Source: the human T2T-CHM13v2.0 reference genome, Homo sapiens
NCBI RefSeq assembly: GCF_009914755.1
Contig: NC_060930.1
Length of the DNA: 64,000 nt
Reading direction: 5' to 3' (one strand)
Below the pieces are notes generated by a model. The model searched no databases. It saw nothing but the letters and a program-made list of their open reading frames with translations, and had not been told where the DNA came from. The translations under genes were made by a program, and so were the position numbers. Below, in pieces: positions 15,901 through 29,504 of the stretch. Position 1 is the first letter of the stretch; each line of letters begins with the position of its first letter.

Positions 15901-18158
15901 TTTTTTTTTTTTAAATTTTACTTTATGTTTTGGGATACATGTGAAGAACATGGAGATTTGTTACATAGGTATACACCTGCCATGGTGGTTTGCTGCACCC
16001 TTCAACCCATCATCTACATTAGGTATTTCTCCTAATGCTATCCCTCCCCTAGCCTCCCACCCCCCAACAGGCCCGGGTGTGTGATGTTCCCCTCCCTGTG
16101 TCCATGTGTTCTCATTGTCCAACTCCCAATTATAAGTGAGAACATGTGGTGTAAGGTTTTCTGTTCCTGTGTTATTTTGCTGAGAATGATGGTTTCCAGC
16201 TTCATCTATGTCCCTGCAAAGGACATGAACTCATCCTTTTTTACGGTTGCATAGTATTCCTTGGTGTATATGTGCCACATTTTCTTTATCCAGCCCATCA
16301 TTGATGGGCATTTGGGTTGGTTCTAAGTCTTTGCTATTGTGAATAGCGCTGCAAAAAACATACATGTGCATGTGTCTTTATAGTAGAATGATTTATAATC
16401 CTTTGGGTATATACTGGGTGTATACTTTGGGTATATACTTTGGGTATATTACTGGGTATATAATCCCAGTAATGGGATTGCTGTGTCAAATGGTATTTCT
16501 GGTTCTAGATCCTTGAGGAATCACCACATTGTCTTCCACAATGGTTGAACTAATGTACACTCCCACCAACAGTGTAAAAGCATTCCTATTTCTCCACATC
16601 CTCTTCAGCATCTGTTGTTTCCTCACTTTTTAATGATCGCCATTCTAACTGGCGTGAGATGGCATCTCATTGTGGCTTTGATTTGCATTTCTCTAATGAT
16701 CAGTGGTGATGAGCATTTTTTCATATGTGTGTTGGCCGCATAAATGTCTTCTTTTGAGAAGTGTCTGTTCTTATCCTTCACCCACTTTTTGATGAGGTTG
16801 TTTGTTTTCTTCTTGTAAATTTGTTTAAGTTCTTTATAGATTCTGGATATTAGCCTTTTGTCAGATGGATAGATTGCAAAAATTTCCTCCCACTCTGTAG
16901 GTTGCCTGTTCACTCTGATGATAGTTTCTTTTGCTGTGCAAAAGCCCTTTAGTTTGATTAGATCCCATTTATCAATTTTGGCTTTTGTTCCATTGCTTTT
17001 GGTGTTTTAGTCATGAAGTCTTTGCCTATGCCTGTGCCCCAAATGGTATTGCCTAGGTTTTCTTCTAGGGTTTTTGTAGTTTTAGGTCTTATGTTTAAGT
17101 CTTTAATCCATCTTGAGTTAATTTTTTTATAAGGTGTAAGGAAGGGGTCCAGTTTCAGTTTTCTGCATATGGCTAGCCCGTTTTCCCAACATTGTTTATT
17201 AAATTGGGAATCCTTTTCCCATTGCTTGTTTTTGTCAGGTTTGTCAAATATCAGATGGTTGTAGATGTGTGGCGTTATTTCTGAGGCCTCTGTTCTATTC
17301 CACTGGTCTATATATATCTGTTTTGGTACCGGTACCATGTTGCTTTGGCTACTATAGCCTTGTAGTAGGCTAGTTTGAAGTCAGGTAGCGTGATGCCTCC
17401 AGCTTTGTTCTTTTTGCTTAGGATTGTCTTGGCTGTATGGGCTCTTTTTTGGTTCCATATGAAATTTAAAGTAGTTTTTTCTAATTCTGTGAAGAAAGTC
17501 CATGGTAGCTTGATGAGGATAGCAATGAATCCATAAATGGCCATTTTCATGAAATGAAGTCTTCCTATCCATGAGCATGGATTTTTTTCCATTTGTTTGT
17601 GTCCTCTCTTATTTCCTTGAGCAGTGGTTTGTAGTTCTCCTTGAAGAGGTCCTTCACATCCACATCCCTTGTGAGGTGGATTCCTAGGTATTTTATTCTC
17701 TTTGATGCAACTGTGAATGGGAGTTCACTCATGATTTGGCTCTGTGTTTGTCTATTATTAGTGTATAGGAATACTTGTGATTTTTGCACATTGATTTTGT
17801 ATCCTGAGACTTTACTGAAGTTGCTTATCACCTTAAGGATATTTTGGGCTGAGACGATAGGGTTTTCTAAATATACAATCATGTCATCTGCAAACAGAGA
17901 CAATTTGACTTCCTCTCTTCCTATTTGAAATACCCTTTATTTCTTTCTCTTACCTGATTACCCAGGCAAGAACTTCCAATCCTATGTTGAATAGGAGTGG
18001 TGAGAGAGGGCATCCTTGTCTTGTGCCAGTTTTCCAAGGGAATGCTTCCAGCTTTTGCCCATTCAGTATGATATTGGCTGTGGGTTTGTCATACATAGCT
18101 GTTATTATTTTGAGATATGTCCATCAATACCTAGCTTATTGAGAGTTTTTAGCATGAA
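15901..18158 (-). mobile_element. 5'-truncated L1PA (L1PA7/8-like), 2.26 kb
   Basis: Broken ORF2 fragments in the ORF track; poly(T); TSD tccccttcccact at 15888-15900 and 18159-18171. Confidence 0.95.
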
Positions 18159-19149
18159 TCCCCTTCCCACTGTTCAACTTTCATAATAATCTTATTCTAT
18201 ATGTTGTCTTAAAGACTATTGTGAGTTGTAGTAGCTGTTTTCTATACTTTTATGACTCTTTAATATATTTTTTTTTCTGAATAGTCTGTATTGTTATATT
18301 TTTAAATGCCAGTTGGGAATCTCTCACTGGACATTATACAGCCTTAAAGCTCAACGTATTCAAAAAATGAAATGGCAGCAGTAATCATTCATTTCTGTAA
18401 GCAAAACCCCCCCAAGTATCAGACACCTTCTTCAATGTCCTCATTCATATCTCTACATGTTGCATAAAAATAATACATGGAGGATGCTGAAATGGCATAC
18501 AGTACTATTTTCTGTGAATAATCACAGTTCCATAGCTAACATAGAAGCCAGAAGGGTTTGTCTGCATACTTGTTTGTTTAATTTTAATTATGAATCTAAT
18601 GAGCAGAGGCTGTATCTTTACCCTAGAATATACTGTATTTTCTTATCTGACTACAGTAATAAGAAAATTATTTGACATAATTGAAGCAAAAAGAGGACAT
18701 AAAAACAAAATAGAATATGATGGTTTTACTAAAATAAGCTCTATTGCCTCAGAAAAGAAATAAATTAAATATTAACTTCATCTGATGACTGATATTATTT
18801 TGTTTCATTAACAGTATATAAAATTAACTTCTTATACAAGCTTTGTTAGTACATAAAATATGCACAAACTAGTGGAGTTAATATTAGATCTGTATGAAAG
18901 CTCAGGAGCATTTCCTTAATTATTATAAACTAACATTTTTGTGACTGGTCAATGATGAATAAACATTATGTTGAAGAGATAGAACATAAATTAATTAATA
19001 AGCAAATAAGTCTGTTTTTGATGTTTTTGGGGCCAAGCGCTGAATGTGGCAAATCAGTACTGAAAAAAATGCATACATATGTGTGTGCAGGAAAACTGAC
19101 ATATGAAACAAGCAGAACAATCAGTGATCAATCCAGCATTACATTTTAC

Positions 19150-19375
19150 AAAGTATAAACACAGTTGGTTTTTAAGAAGAAAGTGATGAGTATGGGCTGA
19201 GACATTTGGAAAAAGCAGAAATTTGAATCTGGGTCTTGGAAGACAAGAATTTATGCAGGTGAAAGGAATAGAACAGGAATATATCTAGGAAACAAAAAAA
19301 CACAAGCAAGAACATGGAAGTTGAAAGCATGGTATTTGAAGGGAACAGGAAAGAGAAGCCCAGAATTTGAACCAA
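19150..19375 (-). mobile_element. L2 fragment
   Basis: Purine-rich antisense L2-like text (atttgaatctgggtcttggaagacaagaattt...agcatggtatttgaagggaac). Confidence 0.45.
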
Positions 19376-19404
19376 TTTCTAGAGAGATATTACAGAGTCT
19401 TGTG

Positions 19405-19635
19405 AAAGGCATCTAGAACTGGGCAACAAAAATGGAAGAGTTCAGCCTCATCCCCTGCTCCTGTTGTCTTTTTAGTGTGGATCAGGGTACTTTTGCTTCA
19501 CTGAGCCTGAATTCATTCACTTTCCACTGAGGACAACATGAGCCTTGCCTCTGCCTCTGTAACTGTAGAAATGAAATGAGATAATCCCTATGGCAGTGCA
19601 TTTGATACTGTAAAGATCTCCATAAAGGGGATATT
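19405..19635 (+). mobile_element. MIR fragment
   Basis: cttcactgagcctgaattcattcac...aaatgagataat...gtgcatttg. Confidence 0.55.
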
Positions 19636-19989
19636 ATTAATGGTCAAAATTAATATTCCTTCCCACATGCAGGATGTGTTACTCCAGACACAATTAGGGT
19701 TGCTGCTGCTGCTGCTGTTGTTGTTTTAATTAGCTGCATGTAGTAGGTTGTTACAAAGGTGAGGTAGATTAAATAATTTGAGTGCAATATTTCTCCCTAT
19801 GTAGAGAAACACATCCAGACCCCTTTATACAAAAACAACCTGCCTACAGAAGCTGCTTGATTGTTTTGGTTGTTTTGTTGCTTGCATCTCCGTTCTATTA
19901 TATTTTGTATTGCTTGTTTTCCTAGTCGGTATGGAGATGTCCAAGAGAGCATATGACTGATGTGATGGAAAGAAGCCTGAATTCCTGTC

Positions 19990-20426
19990 TGTTATGGGTA
20001 AAATTGTGTCCTCCCAAAATTCATATGTTGAAGTTGTAACACCCTAGTACCTCAAAATGTGACATCATTTAGAAATAGGATAGTTGCAGATGTAATTAGT
20101 TTTGTTAAAATGAAGTGGGCCCCAAATCAAATATGATTAATGTCCTTTAAAAAGAAGAAATTTGGAAACATACACACACAGGAAGAATGCCATGTGAACA
20201 TGAAGACAGAGACAAGAGTGAAGCAACTACAGGCCAAGGAACACCATAGATTGTCAGAAAACCACGAAAAGCTAGGAGAGAGACATGGCATAGATTCTCT
20301 GAACCAACCCTGCTGGCACTTTGATTTTGGACTTTTGGCCTCCAGGACTATGAGACAATACATTTCTGTTGTTTAAGCCACCTCATTTGAGGTACTTTGT
20401 TCTGGCAGCCCTAGGAAACTAATACA
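19990..20426 (+). mobile_element. MaLR solo LTR (MLT1C-like)
   Basis: tgttatggg..aattgtgtcctcccaaaattcatatgttgaag...gcagccctaggaaactaataca. Confidence 0.9.
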
Positions 20427-20522
20427 ACGAAATCAGATCCACATTCAAGTATTGACTCTATTTTATACCTACTGCATAAACCTTGATCAAGTCACACAAT
20501 AGCTTTGAATTTCCTTAAAAGA

Positions 20523-20750
20523 ATGTGAGAATACGTGGACACAGGGAAGGGAACATCACACATGAGGGCCTATCAGGGGGTAAAGGTCTAGGGGAGGGAT
20601 TGCATTAAGAGAAATACCTAGGGTAGATGACAAGTTGATTGGTGTAGTAAACCACCATGGCACATGTATACCTACGTAACAAACCTGCACATTCTGCACA
20701 TGTATTTCAGAACTTAAAGTGTAATAATAATAATAATAATAATAATAAAA
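20523..20750 (+). mobile_element. Short L1PA 3'UTR fragment with (TAA)n tail
   Basis: tggacacagggaagggaacatcacac...aacttaaagtgtaataataat. Confidence 0.9.
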
Positions 20751-23119
20751 TAATATGTACTCTTGCTACCTCACAGCTCTGCCTGGATCAAGTAGGTAAT
20801 ATTGCAAACAAATTCTGTAGATGATAAAAATGCTATAGCATTTTTATGTGGTTACTCATATGAATAAAAGTAACCAAAATTGCTTATCAATAAATTTCCT
20901 TTTATTTGCAATGTTCTGTCACAACTACAGAAGCTATATATTATACATAACCGTGACTTACAACACATCATCTTTTAAATGTGTCAGACACATTTAGGCA
21001 CACACTTGTAGGCATTCTGTATATTGAAATTCATATGATATAATCATAATCTTGACACTATTTAACCTGTTTTTTCCAGATGTTGGCATGGGACACATTA
21101 CTATATGCACTGCAATTGGCTGCTGGGATTAAATAAATTCTTCAGATTCTATTTTATGCTTCAAAAATATGTGTGTGTATATGCTGTATGCCTTATAATA
21201 TATATGTATGTATGTGGGTATGTGTATGTATGCATGTGTGGGGTATGTGTGTATGTGTGTGTGCCCCCTTATTATTCAGTTTTAGCCAATGTGTGCTCCT
21301 TATTTAATAGTATATTATTGATGCATAGAGGTGTCATGTCTCTGCTATATTTTCATAAGTGACAAGTGTTTCTGTGACTCTAAGGAATAGAAAATGCTGA
21401 TGAAAAAAGACAGTTCGTTAGGCCTAACCCAGACAAGAATAAATAGGTCATAACACTGTGGAGTTCTACAGAAACAACTAAATATTGCCTGAAAAAATGT
21501 AGTTATGTAGTATAATCATTGCGCTGACATTAAAAGAAAAGAAAAACTGTCAGAAAAAAAATAATCAAAGGTTGCTGACTTCCCTTTGCCAGATATGCAA
21601 GCGAATGAGTTTAGCTCCGGTAGCTGTGACTGATGACTAAGATGAGAAGCCCTGAAACAGAGGAGTAGGTTCTGGTAGTGGTTAGATTGAAGAATCTAGC
21701 TTATTTTTAAGAGATCTGGCTTATTTTTAAGCCAGTGATAGACTTTGACATTCTGAAATGAGATTTCTTTATAACTGGAGTTGGGAATAGAAGAGCTACA
21801 GTGTGGCTTTTATATGCATGTTATTAGTGCATATTTACTTATATATAATACATGTATATTATTATGGTCAATAGGATCTTTAAATATATACAATTTCATC
21901 ACGGTATTTACCTAGAGCACTCTTAGATTTTTTTTCTAGAATTGTTATAGTTCAGACCTTTAATCTGTCTTCTCTTTTAACCTTCTTTCTATGACTCTTC
22001 CTTTTCTAAGATCATTTCTTGGTTTTCACATAAATAGAGATATTTATTTATTTTTGGTATTAATTCCATATTGTATTTGGTATTAATTCCATATTGTAGC
22101 TGCATAACACTTTCCATATTTAAAGTTTGCATCTTATATATTTTTGTGTCATGCTGACCATATGCAAGTCATTTAAAATATCAGTTGATTATTATAGAGG
22201 ATCTTTGCAACACTGAAAGCAAATATAATATTGATTATATCTTTTCATTTGTAAGAATATATTTACTGGCCTATTTTAAAAAACTAGACAAATAGCATTT
22301 AGCAAGTCTACAACTGACTTCCTCAAAGACCTTCAAAGCATTTTTAGTCTCATTGATCCTTATGTCATCCTTAAGATTACCTCTATGTGCAAAATCAATT
22401 CAACTGCAGTGATAATCAAGTGAGAAATAAAGCCATTCACTTAGGCAAATACAAAACAATTTTGACTTTCAAAAACAATTCTGAGTTTTGGAAGACTGTG
22501 CCAGTATAAAGTCAGATAGAAGACTTATAAGTTAGGCCACAGGATAGGCAAATAAACTTATTTTCAAAAGACAGTAATTGAGAGATCCAGAAATAAGAAG
22601 ATAAATATAATAGCTAGTTCAATTTTATGTATTACGTAACAGTAAGCTATTAGGTGAGAATCTTCATTCCTCTGCTTTTCAGCCCCCATTGTCTCATGTG
22701 GCCACTCCACAGATGAATGGGAATGGTTTACATCAGTGCTTCTGAGCGCCTTGACTGGCCCTAGTGCCTTTTCTCCAATTTTGCACAAAGATGCAAAATA
22801 AGTTTTGGGAAATATATAATCCATTAAAGGGAAAGACAAACCAGGGATTAACCAGGGACTATATGCCTTATTTTCTATCAGCTGTTTCATTGATTTCTTG
22901 TTTATTTCAACATATATGCCATTCTTCCTAATAAGAAAGACAATTAAATCATTTGTCTCACTGAGGAGTATTAAAATATATATGCCCATTTTGCCCTCCC
23001 CAAAAGTTAATTTTTCATGACCTTTTATTTTAATAAATAATGATGTTTGCCTCATAGAGAAAATTTTTACTATGAAAGTAAAAGTGTCATTTCTCTGCGG
23101 AACTAACGTGTTGTAGAAG

Positions 23120-23335
23120 AAGGATTATTGACTTAGGGGGCTAAAAATCCTAAATTTAAATCTTATCTCCCCAGTTTGTAAGATATGTTTCCTTAGGCAT
23201 TTTATTTTTTATTTTCACCAGGTTCCCTACTGCTTTATCTAAAATGATGCTTATTTATAAGTTATAGGATTGTTTGGGGAAATAGGTTACATAATAAAAG
23301 CAAAGCAGTTGGCAAAAGGAATATTTTTATAAATA
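23120..23335 (+). mobile_element. MIR fragment
   Basis: Degenerate MIR (aaatcctaaatttaaatc...ccttaggca...tctaaaatg...ataggattgtt). Confidence 0.45.
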
Positions 23336-24157
23336 TTAATTACCATCTTTTATACTCATTGCTGCCCATTGCCCATATCCCACACTAAACATAACTTTTC
23401 TTAACAGATTCCTATCAAATACATCATATCTGAAAACATCATAGGACATTACATTCAACTTCTCCAAGAGAACAGATATCCTGTAGGAAAACTTTCAATC
23501 ACAGTTCATTAAAATAGTACAACCTATTTCTGTCAACTTTGAGTGATGAGCTCTCTGCTGTTCTTTTGATTATATAAAATCAATGGAATCTTTAATATGT
23601 ATTTAATATCTTCAGGTTCCTCCACAGGTTACCTCTGAGTAAAGCAGTAGAAGTGATTCATCAAGGCATATAGTTGTGTGATTCCAGAAAGACAAGGAGA
23701 GTTCAGAGAACTGGTTCTACCTCTAAGTCATAATCTATTCTTTCCTCAGATAATGTGGAAAGTTCTAACATCTTTAATACTAGTCCAAGTCGGTGTCATC
23801 CTTTATGGTAAAAAAGGTTGCCCTACGAATAATGAAGATTCCTTGTAGATTTTAGGACTAAATTGGAATCTAAATGTGCAAGTTGTTTGCACAAAGTCCA
23901 TTCTCTCTTGTATGGGCCTAAAATTTAGGACCTCTGTAACAAACATACTTGTCATTTCATTCCCTGATCATTTTAAACTTAGTTGATGGATTCTGGAAAA
24001 TTCAGCATGGTATATTCATTACTGTGTGGATTTGGAATATTTCACTGTACCTTCCACTGACATTAATGATTAAAACAATCTTAATTATCTTGCTTGAGTT
24101 TAGTTACAGTTTGATAATCCAGTTTGGTTTCATGTTATTTTTTTCTTCTGCTTACAG

Positions 24158-24182
24158 GGAGCCTTCAGAATTGTGTGATCTG
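24158..24182 (+). other. Candidate 25-nt microexon
   Basis: ttttttttcttctgcttacag | GGAGCCTTCAGAATTGTGTGATCTG | gtatgt in non-repeat DNA. Confidence 0.45.
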
Positions 24183-24994
24183 GTATGTTTACCCATTCTC
24201 CAATTTTGTTTATTTTCTTTATTTTAAAACATTGTTTTCATCAACATTTACGTAACACTGTACTTGCATTTGCATGTGACATTTCTCTAATCCATGTGCT
24301 GTAAGGCTGTTATGCCACGCTATCTAAAGTAATTTGCGGTATGGTGTTAATGAAACTTATGTCATAATTTGATGCCCTACATAGAACCTTGAAAATAAAA
24401 TGATATCTATGTTCCAAAGGCACAGACCACAGATGTATCACAGGCACATATTTGATATAATGGCGGTAACACAATGACAATTTTTCATTTTTATCTGAAA
24501 AATAATCACATGTTCTTCTAATGCTGGATGGATAATCAAGTTTTACATAAAGTAGACCATTCCAAAGTAGAACAATGTCAAAGTTTTAGGGCAAGTCGTT
24601 TCTTCAAAATGGTATCTGAAATTTCCTTTATAAGACACAAAGACATTAATTACAAATTTAAAGATGAAGTTAAATAGTACAGTCCTCCTAGAGAAGAAGC
24701 ACAGTGAACAAGTCATCTCACAGGGCCACTGATTTTGGACACTTGTCAAACCAGAGAGTGCATAACCACAGAGCCAAAGCACCAGAGGAAAGCATCTCAA
24801 ACTTGGGGTGAAAAATGATTTTAATGTAAGTGATGTTTAGTGTTTTGAATAATAACCATGAAAGGATATTCTATTTATTGAATAATGACTCAATTTGCAA
24901 TAACACTCTTGAATTACTAATGGAAGTATTAAAATCTATCAGGCATTATAAACTAAATTTTAGGGCATGCATGTCTGTATACGAATAGGTATAT

Positions 24995-25950
24995 ATCCAT
25001 TGAAAATGTCTGCTTATGTTCATTGAAATATATGTACAGGAATGTGTCATAAGAGCATAGTATCACCATAATAGCAAAAAACTCAAAACAACTAAAATGT
25101 CCACCAAACTTAGAATGGCATATTCATAAAATGTGATAGTGTGTAAAACTAAAATTAATCTACAGCTACACCTAACACTTGGAAAGTTCTCATACACAAA
25201 ACATTAATCAAAAAAGGAATCAGATACAAAATAGTGCATTGTTATAAAATTCACAATATCTAAGACTATCCTGTATTACTTAAGGTTAAATCCTTAGGAG
25301 GTCATAGCATAAAAAATGATGGTGAGTATTTTCTACTTAATTATATAAAAATGCAGAGGTCAATATACACCATGGAATACCATACAGCCATAAAAAAGAA
25401 CAAGATCATATGCTTTGCAGGGACATGGGTGGAGCTGAAGGCCATTATGCTTAGCAAACTAACACAGGAACAGAAAACCTAATAGCGCATGTTCTCACTT
25501 GTAAGTGGGAGCTACAGGATGAGAACACATGGACACAAAGAGGGGAACAAGACACACTGCACACTTTCTGAGGGAGGAGGGTGAGAGGAGGAAGAGGACC
25601 AGGAAAAATAACTAATGGATACTAGGCTTAATACCCAAGTGAAGAAATAATCTATACAACAAACCCCCATGACACAAGTTTGCCTATGTAACAAACTTTC
25701 ACTTGTACTCCTGAACTTAAAATGAAAGTTTAAAAAAAAAATGCAGAGGTCAGATCACTGGTAATCCTTGTGGCAAGGAAGGGTATTGGTTGGAAAGAAA
25801 ATAATGAAGAATTTTGAGACTGTGAAGTATTATTTTTCTAGACTTTGTGTCTAGGTGGTATTCACTTTATGCTATATCATTTTGAGCTGAATTCATTTTA
25901 GAGAAACTTTTCTAAATTTGTGATATATTTTATATATCTAAAGTTTAAAT
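24995..25950 (+). mobile_element. Old L1ME/L1MD 3' region, interrupted by a younger L1
   Basis: aatagcaaaaaactcaaaacaactaaaatgtccacc... continues after the insert. Confidence 0.6.
25363..25736 (+). mobile_element. L1PA15/16-like 3' end
   Basis: L1 3'UTR with poly(A); perfect 16-bp TSD aaaaatgcagaggtca at 25347-25362 and 25737-25752. Confidence 0.9.
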
Positions 25951-27084
25951 AATTTTCATATATTTTCAAAAATTTCTTCAGAGCTGAGTATTGGCCTGTA
26001 CATGATTTGCATTCACAGAGGGAATATGAAAGTGAACGAGCATACTGTACAGAAGAGCTAGATATTAAATTACAATCTCCTTCCCTTTTATGTTGTTTAA
26101 TTGGTATCCAATATTTTAAATAAACCCGCATGGATATGTGTGTGCATGGATGCTTATATATATATATGAATGGAACAACTCAGTACTTTAACAACTGAAC
26201 AATTTATAGCTTATTGCAAAACCTGAAATTTAGAACTAGGTGCTACCATTAACTTCATCATGTTATAGTAATTGATGTGACCTAATTTTAAATGGTCAGA
26301 CAACTATCTCACAAAACTTTCTTAGGAACTAATTTCACATATAAAGAAATCATATTGTCACGATCCCATATTTTTTCAAAATTGAAATGGATCTTAATAT
26401 AATCTTGACATTTACAATATTTTTACATTTTTTAAATTGTTCTTTTTATTATTTGAAAAAAAGAAGTAGATATGGCTGAGAATAGAAAAAAAAAACTTGG
26501 AAAAATAAAGTCAACTTAGTGTCATGTTTCCCATGATAGAGGGTAGGAGAGCAGTGAGTATCACACTGATATTTTATTCCACTTTGACCTTCCACCACTT
26601 ATCAGTCACATCCATATTTATGTCTGTTTGCTTTGCTTCCTCAGGGGCATCTAATCTCTAAATATGGCTTCCCTATCTCAGCATCTCTTATTGACTTTTT
26701 ACTAATCTTATTATTTCTGCTGATATTTACTCTGCATGTCATTTTTGCTTTCCCAGCAATATACATTGATGTTCATCCCTGAGGAATGTTTACATTACCA
26801 GCCTAAACAAATGAAATTAGAGAAGTAAGGTGGTCAGGCCTAGATCCTCATTGAACAAAAGAGCAAACATCTACTTGGAGGGTAATAGCAAAGAATTTAA
26901 ACTGGGATCAGCATGTAAAGCCAGTATTGACAACAGTGACTCAAGAGCTGTTTTTGCCATGTTTTGGCATATTTTGATCTTTTAATAAGTTCCCAGGTTA
27001 AGCCTTAAGAGAAATCAACAAATAAAAATCTTACTGGGAAATAAAACCAGAAATGTAAGTGCTTTGCTTTGTTTTTAACATTTC

Positions 27085-27310
27085 AGTGTGGAGGAAAGGC
27101 TATAATCTTTGGATTCCAACAAATTTGGAATCAAATTTAAGTTCTTTCATTTAATAGGAGTTTTATCTTAACATTCATAAACCCTAGTGCACTTATCTGG
27201 AAAACAGAGAGAGTAATCCTTGAGACCTTATCCTTAGAATTAAATAAGATTTTAGTTGTAAAGTGCCCCGTGCTTTTTTGACATTAACTATTAGTAATCA
27301 AGTGTTATTA
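27085..27310 (+). mobile_element. MIR fragment
   Basis: ctttggattccaacaaatttggaatcaaatt...cttatctggaaaac...gtaaagtgccc. Confidence 0.5.
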
Positions 27311-27627
27311 AATGGCTGTTATTACTTTGCCATTAATGACATTAATTAACTATTATTGCCTCTGCTGCTTAATTGCTTTGACACTCCCACCCTCTGTTGC
27401 TGCTCTTACATCATCCCTATTTCCACAACAAGGGAAATCACAGGAGTTTCCATTCTCTTTGTCGTGGTTGTAGAAGAGGTATTGGCTTCCTAAGGCTCTC
27501 ATATTGAATTGCAAGTTTTAATAGAATGGAGGGAGAGTGAGATACAGAAAAGAAAGGAAGGTGAATTTGGAAGAATAGAGGATGGCAAAAATAAATGATA
27601 TATAGGTAGATAAATGATAGATCAATA

Positions 27628-27663
27628 TTTATGTTAGATGATAGGTTTATGTTAGATGATAGG

Positions 27664-27701
<38 letters not shown>
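27628..27701. repeat. (GATA)n tetranucleotide STR preceded by a duplicated ttatgttagatgataggt unit
   Basis: Seen directly. Confidence 0.9.
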
Positions 27702-27704
<3 letters not shown>

Positions 27705-28475
27705 AAAGCTATATGTGTATCTCCTGCTAAGGAAGGCTTATGCCGAAAGTGGTTTTGCTCCTGTATTTGAAGGCCTACAAATCCCCTTATCCATATTTGT
27801 ATATGAATTCAGAAAATAATTACAAATAAACTTTTTTTGGATTGTTTTATACATTTCTTTATATATGAGTGAGGATTTTAAGAGTATAATATTGTAGCAT
27901 ATTAAAAATATAATATTGATATGCAATAATGTTAAAGTGATACAAAGTGACTTTTAATGAAAAGTAACAGTTTCTTACCATACTTTTCTCTATCTCCAGT
28001 TTTATTTCTCTGTTAAACAAGTTTTTATTATTTTAAATATTTCTTCTGATATGTACTTTAGTATGTCTTAATAGCATTTACATCATGTTTTTAGAGTTTT
28101 CAATTTTACTAATGTATTGCCTTCTTCCTACAACTATGTAGGGCTTTGGTCACTTATGATGCCATTCTCACCCTCCTTTCATTTTTTTTCCCAAAATAGT
28201 CTTATTGTTACTTTGGGGTACGTTATTGATTATGTCTATTCATTATTTTGTAACTCCCAAGTATTTCAGTTCCTAAATTTTCACTCAACTTTCTACCCAA
28301 ATTCACCTTCTAGAGGATTTCCTAATAAAAGACATGTAAAGAACCCACTATTTCATTCATTACATACACAAAATACCTGTGATTTGCCTTTATTCGTGCA
28401 TAACAGCAAGACTTACTATGGAATTCTAAGTTACAATCATTTGTCTCCAGAAATTTGAAAAGCTCCTTTAATTGA

Positions 28476-28961
<486 letters not shown>

Positions 28962-29504
28962 TGAATAATGGTTGGAACTTCACAATAAAAAGACTTAGTA
29001 ATTTAGCTCTAGAACATTCTTCTGTAATGTTTATAAAATAATGTACCCTCTTCTGTTTTCCACTCTTCATGTTTTTTCTCTTTAAGCAGATTTTAATTAA
29101 ACATCTTTAATTAGATGTTTAATCCTTAGTGTCTATTCTCTTCCCTATTTTCAATTTCTGCCTTTTTCTTCTGCTTTCTTGGAGATTTCCTCTGCTTTGC
29201 TTTTCTACTCTTAGGCATATTTCTTCATTTATTTTCAGAAATGAATTTTTAATTTTGAAAAGCTCTTTAATGTTAACTGATTGATCCCTTTAATTATATT
29301 ATATTCTTGTTTTATATGTGAGGTAGAATGGAATTTCTTTGTGTAGACCAATTATTTATGTTCTTGAATTTAAAAATGTATTTTATTTCCTTTTTTTCCC
29401 TCTTCAAATGTTTGAGGAGCTTTGTTTTATGTTTAATAACAAAGGAACAAAAAAAGGAGTTGTAAGAAATACATACATGGGTGAGGTGTTTTTAACTAAC
29501 AGAT

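Noticed and set aside
21061-21140. Acceptor-like tttaacctgttttttccag
   Set aside because: No convincing donor or reading frame follows.
22564-23055. 163-aa minus-strand ORF
   Set aside because: No recognisable domain or splice structure; composition typical of AT-rich chance ORFs.
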